A DNA stretch of 64,000 nucleotides from Methanotrichaceae archaeon (GTDB lineage: Archaea > Halobacteriota > Methanosarcinia > Methanotrichales > Methanotrichaceae). Shown piece by piece: positions 39,460 through 49,423 of this stretch. A program made the translations under genes and the position numbers. How positions within the stretch are numbered: position 1 is the stretch's first letter; the number at the start of each line of letters is the position of its first letter. The notes beneath the pieces were generated by a model. It saw only the letters and a list, made by a program, of their open reading frames with translations. It was not told the DNA's origin and did no database searches. Location: positions 288,001 to 352,000 of the forward strand of contig CAWDLW010000015.1 of NCBI GenBank assembly GCA_963803145.1, written 5' to 3'.

Positions 39460-40995
39460 ATGAAGGAACTAATAGATCAAATATCAGCTCGTCTCAGGGA
39501 TCAGAAGATCGAAGTCCCTGATGATGAGATCGAGGCTCGCCTAAGGAAGCTAATAGAAGAGTTCAGCGTTCCAGAGAGCGAGGCAAGACGTTCTGTTCTG
39601 AACTACTTCTTCAAGGAGCACGGTATAAAGCCCACTGCAGTGACGAACTCAGAGAAGATCAAGATCTCGGATATCAAAGAGCCTGGGAAATGGGTCGATC
39701 TGAAGATCAAGGTTCTTCAGCTATGGGAACCCACAAATGATACCATTTCTCAGACGGGTTTGGTCGGCGATGATACCGGCAAAATAAAGTTCGTAAAATG
39801 GACCAGGGACAATTTGCCAAATATGGTGGAAGGCAAAAGCTATCTGTTGAAGAAAGCGGTCACAGACGAGTTTCAGGGACGGTTCGGAATCAGACTAAAC
39901 CGTGTGAGCAGGATAGAAGAGCTGGATTGCGATGTTCAAGCGGTTCAAAGCAGTCCGACCGAGGAGCTCAAAATTGGGGATATCAAAGAAAAAGGCCGCT
40001 GGATGGACTTAAGGGTTAAAGTTCTTCAGCTCTGGGAACCAACAAGCGAGACCATCTCTCAAACAGGTTTAATCGGTGATGAGACAGGGAGAATCAAGTT
40101 CACCAAATGGGCAAAAGACAATTTGCCAAATATGGTGGAAGGCAAAAGCTACCTGTTGAAGAATGTAGTCGCCAGCGAGTTTCAAGAGAAGCTCAGTGTA
40201 AATCTGAATCGCACAAGCAAGATAGAAGAGCTTGGCGTGGAAGTTCCTGCAGCTCAACGTGAGCCGAATGCCAACTTAAAGATCGTTGAAATAGATCAGC
40301 CCAACCGCTGGATTGACATCAGGGCAAAGGTCGTCACTCTCTGGACATCGAATAGCGATGCCATTTCCCAGGCAGGTTTGATAGGAGATGAGACAGGGTC
40401 CATAAAGTTTGTCAAGTGGGCCAAGGCCGACCTGCCCGAACTTGTTGAAGGCAAGAGCTACATCATCAAAAATGCAATCACCGACGAATACCAGGGAAGG
40501 TTCAGCCTGAAGCTCGGCAGTGCCAGCAAGATCGATGAGTTAGATGAGGATATCGAGGTCGGCACTCAGGCCGCAGAGTTCGCAGGTGCAATCGTTGAAA
40601 TCCAGAACGGCTCAGGCCTTATAAAGCGCTGCCCGATATGCAAGAGATCTCTATCCAAGGGCATGTGCGGCGAGCACGGAAAGGTAGAGGGTGTATATGA
40701 TCTGAGGATTAAGGCTGCAATAGACGACGGCCGCAGGTCACAGGACATACTGATCAACCGTGAGACTACTGAGCGGCTGGTAGGCATAACCTTGGAAGAT
40801 GCCAAGAAGATGGCCATGGAGGCCCTCGATCACGAGGTGGTTAAGAGCCTGATAGATGGCAAGCTTGTGGGGAGGTATTATACAATCAGCGGACCCAGAG
40901 TGGACCGCTATATCCTTGTGGAGGTCATAAACGAGGCAACACCTGTGACATCCAAGGATGTTGATGAGCAGATAAGCCTTGTCGAGGTGGATTAA
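39460..40995 (+). CDS. rpa: Replication protein A (three tandem OB folds + Zn-finger domain)
   Basis: Three repeats of K(V)..LW..Q.GL.GD.TG; GLIKRCPIC..CGEH. Confidence 0.9.
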   Translation: MKELIDQISARLRDQKIEVPDDEIEARLRKLIEEFSVPESEARRSVLNYFFKEHGIKPTAVTNSEKIKISDIKEPGKWVDLKIKVLQLWEPTNDTISQTGLVGDDTGKIKFVKWTRDNLPNMVEGKSYLLKKAVTDEFQGRFGIRLNRVSRIEELDCDVQAVQSSPTEELKIGDIKEKGRWMDLRVKVLQLWEPTSETISQTGLIGDETGRIKFTKWAKDNLPNMVEGKSYLLKNVVASEFQEKLSVNLNRTSKIEELGVEVPAAQREPNANLKIVEIDQPNRWIDIRAKVVTLWTSNSDAISQAGLIGDETGSIKFVKWAKADLPELVEGKSYIIKNAITDEYQGRFSLKLGSASKIDELDEDIEVGTQAAEFAGAIVEIQNGSGLIKRCPICKRSLSKGMCGEHGKVEGVYDLRIKAAIDDGRRSQDILINRETTERLVGITLEDAKKMAMEALDHEVVKSLIDGKLVGRYYTISGPRVDRYILVEVINEATPVTSKDVDEQISLVEVD

Positions 40996-40996
40996 A

Positions 40997-41851
40997 ATGG
41001 CAGGTTTCTCCAGAGAGGTGGCCAGAAGGGTCTTCGCCGAAGAGCTGCTGAACTCAAGTTTGGCCTTCAGGGATAGCGATGATCAGTATGCACCTCAGTA
41101 CCTGCTTACGCCCACAGGTGCACGGTGCAACCGTATCTTCCTGGTAGGTACATTGATTGAAAGGGACGACATCGGCGGAGATACAGAGTACTGGCGAGGC
41201 AGGATTGTTGATCCAACAGGAAGTGTTCGAATTTATGCAGGCCAGTACGACCCCGAGGCTTGCCAGATGCTGGCAAATATTGAGCCGCCAGCCTTTGTAG
41301 CGGTTGTAGGCAAGCCGAAGCTGTACCAGCCTGAGGATGGAGGCACTGTAGTCAATATCCGGGCGGAATCAATCCAGAAGGTGGATGAGTCCACAAGAAA
41401 CCAGTGGATACTGGATACAGCCGTGAGAACTCATGAGCGGTTAAAGGCTCTTAAGAATGTAGTTCCTACATCCCTGGATTTCTCGACCGCCGATAAGACA
41501 CCAGTTATCTCGTCAACTACGGACGCTGAAAGGGCACTTCAGCATTACAGCACTGATGCAGAGAAATATAGACAGATGGTAATTCGCGCGCTGAACTCAT
41601 TAAGGGCGGATCTGACCAAAAATAAGGGCACGGCTCCTATCATGCCGGGATTTGCCAAGAGAGATGCTAAACCGGAGGTCAAGCAGGAGACCGCAAAGCC
41701 GGCAGAGAAAGAAATGTTGAAGCCCAAACAAGAGATCAAATCCGATAAATCTGATATCCCAAAGAAATCCAAGCAAAAGGCCAAGGGAACCCTTACAGAT
41801 TGGCCTGAGTCTGATGAGGTAGAGACTATAGACTTCGGCAAGAAGAGCTGA
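40997..41851 (+). CDS. RPA-associated OB-fold protein (COG3390)
   Basis: REVARRVFAEE, LLTPTGARCNR, YAGQY; operonic with rpa. Confidence 0.85.
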   Translation: MAGFSREVARRVFAEELLNSSLAFRDSDDQYAPQYLLTPTGARCNRIFLVGTLIERDDIGGDTEYWRGRIVDPTGSVRIYAGQYDPEACQMLANIEPPAFVAVVGKPKLYQPEDGGTVVNIRAESIQKVDESTRNQWILDTAVRTHERLKALKNVVPTSLDFSTADKTPVISSTTDAERALQHYSTDAEKYRQMVIRALNSLRADLTKNKGTAPIMPGFAKRDAKPEVKQETAKPAEKEMLKPKQEIKSDKSDIPKKSKQKAKGTLTDWPESDEVETIDFGKKS

Positions 41852-41897
41852 AAAGTCTTATATAATGTGCTGAGGCACTATACAAATGGTGAATAAA

Positions 41898-42128
41898 ATG
41901 GTGATTGGAGTAACGATGGTGAAGGTGGTGCCGGGGCAGGAGAAATCAGTTTACAATGCGCTTCAAGAGATCGATGGCATCAAGGATGTCTATCATGTAT
42001 TCGGCGAGTTCGATTTCGTTGTCATCATTGAGGTCGAAGGCCTCAGCATGCTCAACAAGCTCGTGGATGTCATCAGAGAGATAGACAACGTCACCGCAAC
42101 CCAAACCGTGGTCGGGGCCGAGCTCTAG
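41898..42128 (+). CDS. Stand-alone Lrp/AsnC ligand-binding domain protein
   Basis: [12 protein letters not shown]; upstream of top6B. Confidence 0.85.
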   Translation: MVIGVTMVKVVPGQEKSVYNALQEIDGIKDVYHVFGEFDFVVIIEVEGLSMLNKLVDVIREIDNVTATQTVVGAEL

Positions 42129-42145
42129 GCCCCATTAACCTTTTT

Positions 42146-43978
42146 ATGGAGATAGCTGAAGAGCTGGCTAAACAGCAAAAAGCCATCTCAGTAGCTGAAT
42201 TTTTTGAGAAGAACCGACAGATACTAGGATTCGATTCTCCACCACGAGCGCTCATCACCTGCGTAAAGGAGGCTGTTGATAACTCCCTGGATGCATGTGA
42301 AGATGCAGATATATTACCTGACATTTTCGTGCAAATAAAACGCAGCGGTGAGTATTATACCATTGCAGTGGAGGATAACGGCCCCGGGATTGTATCTGAA
42401 GAGATCCCAAAGGCATTTGCAAAGCTGCTCTACGGATCGAGGTTCCATACTTTGAGGCAGAGCAGAGGACAGCAGGGAATAGGAATATCCGCTGCTGTGC
42501 TCTATTCTCAGCTGACAAGCGGCAGACCTGCGAAGATCATATCCAAGATAGGCCTTGGAAGGCCCGCAAGGCGTTGTGAGCTTATGATAAATACAGCCAA
42601 GAATGAGCCTGAGGTCTTAATATCAGAGGATACCGATTGGGAGAGGCCTCATGGCACTCGAATAGAGCTTGAGATGGAAGGATCATATGTTCGCAGCCGA
42701 AGACAATCTGTATATGGCTACCTCAAGAATGTGGCAATAGTCAATCCCCATGCCCGGATAACCTTGATTGAGCCAGATGGGAGCATTGAGACTTTTGAAA
42801 GGTCAACTGAGACGCTCCCAAAAAAGGCATATGCTATCCAGCCTCACCCAGAAGGCATCGAACTTGGAGAACTGATAAAGCTTCTAAGATATACTGAAAG
42901 AAAGAAGCTGAGAGTATTTTTGCGTGAGACATTTTCGAGCATCGGATCGATAACATCTCAGGAAATGTGCGAATTATCGAGCATTGATCCTGAAAGGTCC
43001 CCAAACAGCCTTAACCATGATGAGGCGAAAAGGCTTCTTGCAGCCTTTAAGCAAATTAAGGTCAAATCGCCCCCTATGGATTGTCTGTCTCCCATAGGCG
43101 AAGAGCTGATCAAAGCAGGTCTTGAGAAGGAGTACAAGCTGGATTACATAGCAACTACGGTTCGGCCGGTCTCTGTCTACTCCGGCAATCCCTTCCTCGT
43201 TGAGGTCGGCCTGGGCTATGGCGGAGAGCTCGAGAAAGAGGGGAGAATAGAGATCCTCAGGTTTGCGAACCGCGTGCCTTTAGTCTACCAGCAGGGAGCT
43301 TGTGCCATAACCCACGCAGTGGAGGAAATACCCTGGAAGAACTATGCTCTGGCCCAGCCTGCAGGCGGAGTTCCAGTAGGCCCGGCAGTTCTCATGATAC
43401 ATGTAGCCTCAACGAATATACCCTTCACATCTGAATCGAAGGATGCAATAGCAGATGTTCCTGAGATCCTGGAAGAGATAGACCTAGGCCTGAAGGAGGT
43501 CGGAAGAAAGCTCCGGAGATATTTAAGCCGGCAGAGCGTCTTATCGGATCGAAGGGAGAAAGAGGAGATCATAAGAAAGATACTTCCAAGGATTGCGAAG
43601 AAGCTCTCAGACCTACTTGGCGAGGAGGAGCCCGATATAGGACCTGTAGTAGCCAAGATAATGGGCAACGTCCTGATAAAAAGAGCAATCGTTCAGGCAA
43701 ATGGGCTAACAATTGTTAGGATAGATGTCGAGAATCACAGCGATGTTATGAGAACATTCAAGCTTCACGAGGTCATATCCCGGGAGGCATCAGACATATC
43801 TCCCGCCGCAAAGGCAATGCCGATTGGGGAGGGCTTTGATTACCATTGGAAGCTATCAGTGAAGCCCGGAGAGAGATCCTCTCTGAACTATAAAGTATCC
43901 TCAGAGGGATTAAGCTTCAAGGATCTTGTAGTCGAGGGCCTTGATGCTGAAATCGTCACAGGCGCAAGGGTGATTTGA
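42146..43978 (+). CDS. top6B: DNA topoisomerase VI subunit B
   Basis: [35 protein letters not shown]. Confidence 0.97.
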   Translation: MEIAEELAKQQKAISVAEFFEKNRQILGFDSPPRALITCVKEAVDNSLDACEDADILPDIFVQIKRSGEYYTIAVEDNGPGIVSEEIPKAFAKLLYGSRFHTLRQSRGQQGIGISAAVLYSQLTSGRPAKIISKIGLGRPARRCELMINTAKNEPEVLISEDTDWERPHGTRIELEMEGSYVRSRRQSVYGYLKNVAIVNPHARITLIEPDGSIETFERSTETLPKKAYAIQPHPEGIELGELIKLLRYTERKKLRVFLRETFSSIGSITSQEMCELSSIDPERSPNSLNHDEAKRLLAAFKQIKVKSPPMDCLSPIGEELIKAGLEKEYKLDYIATTVRPVSVYSGNPFLVEVGLGYGGELEKEGRIEILRFANRVPLVYQQGACAITHAVEEIPWKNYALAQPAGGVPVGPAVLMIHVASTNIPFTSESKDAIADVPEILEEIDLGLKEVGRKLRRYLSRQSVLSDRREKEEIIRKILPRIAKKLSDLLGEEEPDIGPVVAKIMGNVLIKRAIVQANGLTIVRIDVENHSDVMRTFKLHEVISREASDISPAAKAMPIGEGFDYHWKLSVKPGERSSLNYKVSSEGLSFKDLVVEGLDAEIVTGARVI

Positions 43979-45060
43979 TGAATAAGATCGATGTTACCCA
44001 GGATCGGCTTACAAATCTGGCAAGGGGAATTTACGACCAGTTCCAGCAAGGCATAGTTCCTCATATCGCCCTGCCGTCGAGGACTAAGAGCAACATCGAA
44101 TACAGCAATAAGGATGATGTCTGGGTCTACGGCGATCTGGAGACGACTCGGTCGGTGAAGACTGCCAAGGGCGCAAAGAGCATGCTCAAAACAATCTATC
44201 TGGCAGAGCTTCTAATTAAGGAGCACCTGAGGAACAACCGCAGCTCGACATTGAGGGAGATCTATTACATATCGGAGAACTGGGATATCGCCAAGTTTCC
44301 GGAGCAGGCAGAAAGCGACAGATTGATCGAGGATCTTGAGATCGTTACCAGCCTTCAAAGGGAGGACTTTCACATCCGGCCTGAAGAGGACGGCGCAGCC
44401 ATATTCGGGCCGTTAAAGCTGAAAGAGCAGACAAAGCGCGGCGAGCGTACTATACACTGCCAGGAGGATGTGGGCGAGGCAGGGTATCAGATTCCATTTA
44501 ACGTTGATAGCATTCAGTTCCTTGAGCATGATGCGAAGATGGTCGTGGCAATAGAGAGCGGCGGAATGTACGCACGGCTAATCGAGAACGGCTTTGACGA
44601 GGAGTTTGGTGCGATGCTTGTACACATCAAGGGCCAGCCGGCAAGGTCAACACGTAGAATAATAAAAAAGATGAATACCGAGCTGAAGATCCCTGTAGTC
44701 GTCTTCACAGATGGAGATCCCTGGTCCTACAGGATATTTGCAAGCATTGCCTACGGGGCGATAAAGAGCGCACATCTATCGGAGCACCTGGTCACACCAT
44801 CCGCCAAATTTCTGGGAGTTCAGCCAAGCGATATCGTAGACTACAACCTTTCGACTGATAAGCTCACGGACAAAGATTTTCATGCGCTCAGAAGCGAGCT
44901 TACAGATCCCAGGTTCAATACTCCATACTGGGACAAGCAGATCAAGCTCCAGATCGATCTCAAGAGAAAGGCTGAGCAGCAGGCATTTGCAGGCAAAGGC
45001 TTAGATTATGTTACAAAAACATATCTTCCGGAGAGGCTTTCTGATATGGGAATAATTTAG
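43978..45060 (+). CDS. top6A: DNA topoisomerase VI subunit A
   Basis: [21 protein letters not shown]. Confidence 0.97.
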   Translation: MNKIDVTQDRLTNLARGIYDQFQQGIVPHIALPSRTKSNIEYSNKDDVWVYGDLETTRSVKTAKGAKSMLKTIYLAELLIKEHLRNNRSSTLREIYYISENWDIAKFPEQAESDRLIEDLEIVTSLQREDFHIRPEEDGAAIFGPLKLKEQTKRGERTIHCQEDVGEAGYQIPFNVDSIQFLEHDAKMVVAIESGGMYARLIENGFDEEFGAMLVHIKGQPARSTRRIIKKMNTELKIPVVVFTDGDPWSYRIFASIAYGAIKSAHLSEHLVTPSAKFLGVQPSDIVDYNLSTDKLTDKDFHALRSELTDPRFNTPYWDKQIKLQIDLKRKAEQQAFAGKGLDYVTKTYLPERLSDMGII

Positions 45061-45186
45061 CTGGAATAGCAAGGATAATTTAGCAAGAACGTTCTTAGTC
45101 AATATAACTTATAAACTCATAATACAACTCATCTCGCAGATATCGTTATACTGATATCGCTATGTAGGCACATACTGTAGGCTCAT

Positions 45187-45987
45187 ATGATAATCGATTT
45201 TCACGCTCACATCTACCCAGAAAATGTGGCAAACAAGATACTCCCAGCTGCAGAAAAGAAGCTGAAAATAAAAGTACCATGTACTGGCTCGCCTCAAGAC
45301 CTCCGGTCACGAATGCGCAGCTCTGGAATTGATTTATCCATAGTTCTTCCGCTGGCAAAAGGGCAGGGCGATGTGCCATCGCTGAATGATTGGGTGCGCT
45401 CTATCTCCGGTGCCGGGCTTACAGCCTTTGGAGCAATCCATCCTCTTATGGATGGCCTGGAGGAGGAGCTGGACAGGCTAGTCTCCAACGGCATCAAGGG
45501 TGTCAAAATGATGCCGCTTTTGCAGATGGTTTTCCCAGATGATTCAAGGTGCGATAGGCTCTACGAGGCAGTGATTCAGAGGGACATGATACTTGTTACG
45601 CATGCAGGCAGAGACCCTCTAGATCGTGATGAGGTGTTTGGGACACCTGAGCGTTTTGCTAAGGTTGTAGAGTCCTATCCGGAACTCAAGCTTATACTGG
45701 CACACCTTGGGGGCCTGAGAATGTGGGATGATGTGCGAAAGTATCTGCTGCCAGTAAAAGGAAATGTTCGCTTTGATACCTCATATGCCTACTTTTACAT
45801 CCAGAGAAAGGAGATGACTGAGCTAATACATGACTTTGGCACAGATCGCGTCCTCTTTGGGAGCGATTACCCCTGGGAGGATCCAGGCAGGGCGGTTGAT
45901 GTCATAAAGAGCCTGGACCTCTCTGAAAATGAGATAGATTCATTGCTTTGGAAGAATGGGGCTGAACTTCTGGGGATCGAAAAATAG
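45187..45987 (+). CDS. Amidohydrolase_2 family protein
   Basis: IDFHAH, LAHLGG, LFGSDYP. Confidence 0.9.
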   Translation: MIIDFHAHIYPENVANKILPAAEKKLKIKVPCTGSPQDLRSRMRSSGIDLSIVLPLAKGQGDVPSLNDWVRSISGAGLTAFGAIHPLMDGLEEELDRLVSNGIKGVKMMPLLQMVFPDDSRCDRLYEAVIQRDMILVTHAGRDPLDRDEVFGTPERFAKVVESYPELKLILAHLGGLRMWDDVRKYLLPVKGNVRFDTSYAYFYIQRKEMTELIHDFGTDRVLFGSDYPWEDPGRAVDVIKSLDLSENEIDSLLWKNGAELLGIEK

Positions 45988-46194
45988 CTATTTTCTTGAT
46001 ATACAGGAGTCCAGCTCCCTTTCCATTTCCCTGACCCTGCCCTCCAGTATCCTAACCTTTTCCTCTGAAAGATTCAGTTTGCCCTCAAGCGCCACCTTGA
46101 GCTTTGAATCAGATGTCCTAAGCCTCTCCTGAAGCTCCCGAATCCGATCTTCAAGGATTTCAACATTCTCTCCATGTGTAGGCATTTTCATCAT
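45988..46194 (-). CDS. Small coiled-coil hypothetical protein
   Basis: Heptad pattern. Confidence 0.55.
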   Translation of the reverse strand: MMKMPTHGENVEILEDRIRELQERLRTSDSKLKVALEGKLNLSEEKVRILEGRVREMERELDSCISRK

Positions 46195-46393
46195 TCCTGG
46201 AGTAAACCTCTTTAATTATTTCTGCTTATTCAATTAATAACTTTCTGAATGAATATCGTCCAATTCTTACGATATTATCATGATAATGGGAAATGACAGA
46301 ATAATGATATTGATAATAATATGAGTATTTTCAATAAGGCATTCTAAGAAATTGATACAAAAGCTTATACTCCTCAGAAATATAGTCGGACGC

Positions 46394-46576
46394 ATGAAGA
46401 GAGATCTTCTTGATATCCTGGCATGTCCCCTCTGCAAAGGCGATCTGACTTTAGAGGTCTTCGAGGAGAATGAGAAAGAGATTGTCACCGGCAAACTCTG
46501 CTGCAAATCGTGTAAGGAATGCTATCCCATAGAAGAGGGCATACCAAATATGCTGCCGCCTGATCTTAGAGATTAG
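46394..46576 (+). CDS. Trm112-family methyltransferase partner
   Basis: LLDILACPLCKG..YPIEEGIPNMLP. Confidence 0.9.
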   Translation: MKRDLLDILACPLCKGDLTLEVFEENEKEIVTGKLCCKSCKECYPIEEGIPNMLPPDLRD

Positions 46577-46654
46577 TCGGATATATAAGCGTAGTCCATA
46601 CATCCGAAATATTTATACGATATTATTGCAGATCATTGATAAGGGGGTTAGAGA

Positions 46655-47635
46655 TTGGACCACGTTGTTCACATCAATAATGGCTCTGAAAAGGCTGAAC
46701 CGCTTGTACTGCACCTTCTTCCTGGCGAGGAGATGAAGCTTGACCTTAAGGTTGTAAACCATGGGGCGCCATCGAATATATCCTTGAAGGCGAGCAATGA
46801 CATTGCGAACGCGGTTCGAACGGATAAACCAGACCATTATCTGGCCGGAGAGGATATAATTCCAATCCTGGCCAGGATGCCTGATGTGGATAGACTTGAA
46901 GGAGAAATTCTTTTTACAGGCGTTGGGGGTCAGAGCAGGTTGCCAATCGTATTTATCAAAGACTCCGAAGATCCGGATGATAACAGCCCGGAGAATGATG
47001 AGGGGCTTCCGTATACCGAAGAGGATGATGAAAAGGCCGATCCCGAGGATGCTGACCCAGATACAGAGAGTTCCAATAATTCTGAGGAGTCTGAGGATAC
47101 AAGCCGAATCAAGTTCTCCAAAGATAAAGACCTCCAAAGATATAGAGCATCCCGCATGCGCAGAGCCAATGCAGACTACAGAGACTCCAACAATAGGGAC
47201 ATGGATAATAGAGATATTGACAATAGAGACATAGACAATAAAGATATAGACAATAGGGATAGTGGCTACAGAGATATGGAATATAGGGATACTGAATACA
47301 GGGCTACAGAATTCGGAGATCCAGAAGGCGAGAGGCAAATAGAGAACACATCAAACAATGCAATCGACTATGGGCACCCAGATTCAACAGAAAATAACGA
47401 AGCCGCTGAAATCCCAGAAGAGAGAAACAACGAATTAAAAACGAGGCTATTTGAATTGACAGGCGATAAAAGCGCCCTCTTGGCAGTGCCTGCGGCCATG
47501 CTCATAGCCCTGATAGCACTGCTGATATTGACGTTTTACTCTGAGAGCATCCCTGAGTTTAGCGGCGCGCTTGCGTCGGCGATGCTGATCGTTACCCTTA
47601 TCATATACGGGGCTGCAACGCTCCTGAAGGCTTGA
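46655..47635 (+). CDS. Hypothetical membrane protein: beta-rich N-domain, acidic linker with NRDxD repeats, two C-terminal TM helices
   Basis: Composition; 15-bp degenerate tandem repeats at about 47170-47310. Confidence 0.75.
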   Translation: MDHVVHINNGSEKAEPLVLHLLPGEEMKLDLKVVNHGAPSNISLKASNDIANAVRTDKPDHYLAGEDIIPILARMPDVDRLEGEILFTGVGGQSRLPIVFIKDSEDPDDNSPENDEGLPYTEEDDEKADPEDADPDTESSNNSEESEDTSRIKFSKDKDLQRYRASRMRRANADYRDSNNRDMDNRDIDNRDIDNKDIDNRDSGYRDMEYRDTEYRATEFGDPEGERQIENTSNNAIDYGHPDSTENNEAAEIPEERNNELKTRLFELTGDKSALLAVPAAMLIALIALLILTFYSESIPEFSGALASAMLIVTLIIYGAATLLKA

Positions 47636-47719
47636 TTATGAGACGCGATAAGCGGACGCAAAGATCGAAGAGCGGAAGCAATATCATGCGGCAACGCTCC
47701 TGAAGGCTTGATTATGAGA
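47615..47719 (+). repeat. Exact 29-bp direct repeat GCAACGCTCCTGAAGGCTTGATTATGAGA separated by 47 bp
   Basis: Copies at 47615-47643 and 47691-47719. Confidence 0.92.
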
Positions 47720-49321
47720 TACATTGTGGTCACAGGCGGGGTTATGAGCGGGCTTGGAAAAGGTATCACCGCTGCATCGATAGGCAGGCTGCTCATGGAC
47801 AGGGGCTATCGCGTCACTGCGATCAAGATAGACCCCTACATCAACATAGATGCAGGTCTCATGAGCCCCTTCCAGCACGGAGAGGTCTTCGTCCTGAAGG
47901 ACGGAGGCGAGGTGGACCTCGACCTGGGGAACTACGAGCGATTTTTGGATGTCGAACTCACGCGCGACCATAACATCACAACTGGAAAGGTTTACAGCAC
48001 TGTTATCGATAAAGAACGCAGGGGCGAGTACCTCGGAAAGACAGTCCAGATAATCCCGCACATCACAGACGAGATCAAGAAGCGCATCAGACAGGTATCC
48101 CGCGACGGCGGATGCGAGATCTGTCTTATTGAAGTCGGCGGAACAGTGGGCGATATTGAGTCGATGCCCTTCCTTGAGGCCATGAGGCAGCTGAAGTACG
48201 AGGAGTCCGGCAACATCTTCTTCGTGCACGTGACCCTTGCCCCGTCGACGATGGATGGAGAGCAGAAGACGAAGCCGACGCAGCACAGCGTGAAGGAGAT
48301 GCGTGAGCTGGGCCTTCAGCCTGACATGATAGTAGTGAGGTGCGAGAAGCCTCTGCTCCCCGAGACGAAGGTAAAGATCGCGCTCTTCTGCGATGTTCCA
48401 GTTGATGCAGTGATCAGCGCCCATAATGCCGGAGATATCTACAAGGTCCCACTGCAGCTTGATGCCGAGGGCCTGACGAAGTATCTCATGAAGGCCATGA
48501 GGCTGTTCCCACTTGAGGAGAGAAAGGATTGGGACGGTTTCGTGAAGAAGATGGACGAACCTCTGGAGACGGTGACAGTTGCAATCGTCGGGAAGTACAC
48601 CGTCGGCTCACAGTGCGCAGACCCAATGGAGGATGCCTACCTTTCCATCCGCGAGTCTTTGAAGCACGCTGGAATCCAGGCAGGCGTCAGGCCTGAGATT
48701 ATGTGGGTGGATGCAGAAGAGCTTGAGAGAGGCTCGCCAGATCTGATCCTCAGGGGTGCCGATGGAATTCTAGTTCCCGGAGGCTTCGGCTCACGGGGTA
48801 CTGAGGGAAAGATCAAGGCTGTGCAATATGCACGCGAACATAATATTCCTTACTTGGGGCTATGCTTTGGAATGCAGCTTGCTGTCATTGAGTTTGCGAG
48901 AAATGTCTGCGGCCTTGAGGGCGCAAGCTCAACTGAGTTCGGGCCAACGCCTAATCCTGTTATCGCCATTCTTCCTGAGCAGGAGAAGATCAGGGAGATG
49001 GGTGCGACAATGCGCCTGGGGAACTATCCTGCGCACCTGAAAGAGGGAAGCCTTGCCAAGAAGATCTACGGAGCAGACGAGATCATCGAGAGGCACAGGC
49101 ACAGGTACGAAGTGAATCCCGGATTTATCAAGCAGATTGAGTCTAAGGGCATGATCTTTTCAGGAACAAATGACGATCTGATGGAGATCTGCGAGATACC
49201 TGAGCATCCGTTCTTCTTTGGGTCGCAGTTCCATCCTGAGATGAAGTCTCGACCTGGGAAGCCATCGCCGCCGTTTTTGGCGTTTGTGGAGGCGATGAAG
49301 GAGCGGAGAAAAAAAGGATAA
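47714..49321 (+). CDS. pyrG: CTP synthase
   Basis: [41 protein letters not shown]. Confidence 0.98.
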   Translation: MRYIVVTGGVMSGLGKGITAASIGRLLMDRGYRVTAIKIDPYINIDAGLMSPFQHGEVFVLKDGGEVDLDLGNYERFLDVELTRDHNITTGKVYSTVIDKERRGEYLGKTVQIIPHITDEIKKRIRQVSRDGGCEICLIEVGGTVGDIESMPFLEAMRQLKYEESGNIFFVHVTLAPSTMDGEQKTKPTQHSVKEMRELGLQPDMIVVRCEKPLLPETKVKIALFCDVPVDAVISAHNAGDIYKVPLQLDAEGLTKYLMKAMRLFPLEERKDWDGFVKKMDEPLETVTVAIVGKYTVGSQCADPMEDAYLSIRESLKHAGIQAGVRPEIMWVDAEELERGSPDLILRGADGILVPGGFGSRGTEGKIKAVQYAREHNIPYLGLCFGMQLAVIEFARNVCGLEGASSTEFGPTPNPVIAILPEQEKIREMGATMRLGNYPAHLKEGSLAKKIYGADEIIERHRHRYEVNPGFIKQIESKGMIFSGTNDDLMEICEIPEHPFFFGSQFHPEMKSRPGKPSPPFLAFVEAMKERRKKG

Positions 49322-49423
49322 ATATTATTAATTCTAGTGTATTTTTTTCTATATAATCTATCATAAACGATACTGTTTTAAGCAAAGATTATTGTTACCG
49401 ATCTTATTGTAGGAGGATGACTT

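Noticed and set aside
47615-47719. Mini-CRISPR (29-bp repeat, 47-bp spacer)
   Set aside because: Only two units; the repeat is the coding junction of two genes; no leader or cas genes
1011-48424. Many long antisense ORFs in the ORF track (e.g. 2198-2806, 36544-37233, 47684-48424)
   Set aside because: Shadows of well-supported genes on the opposite strand
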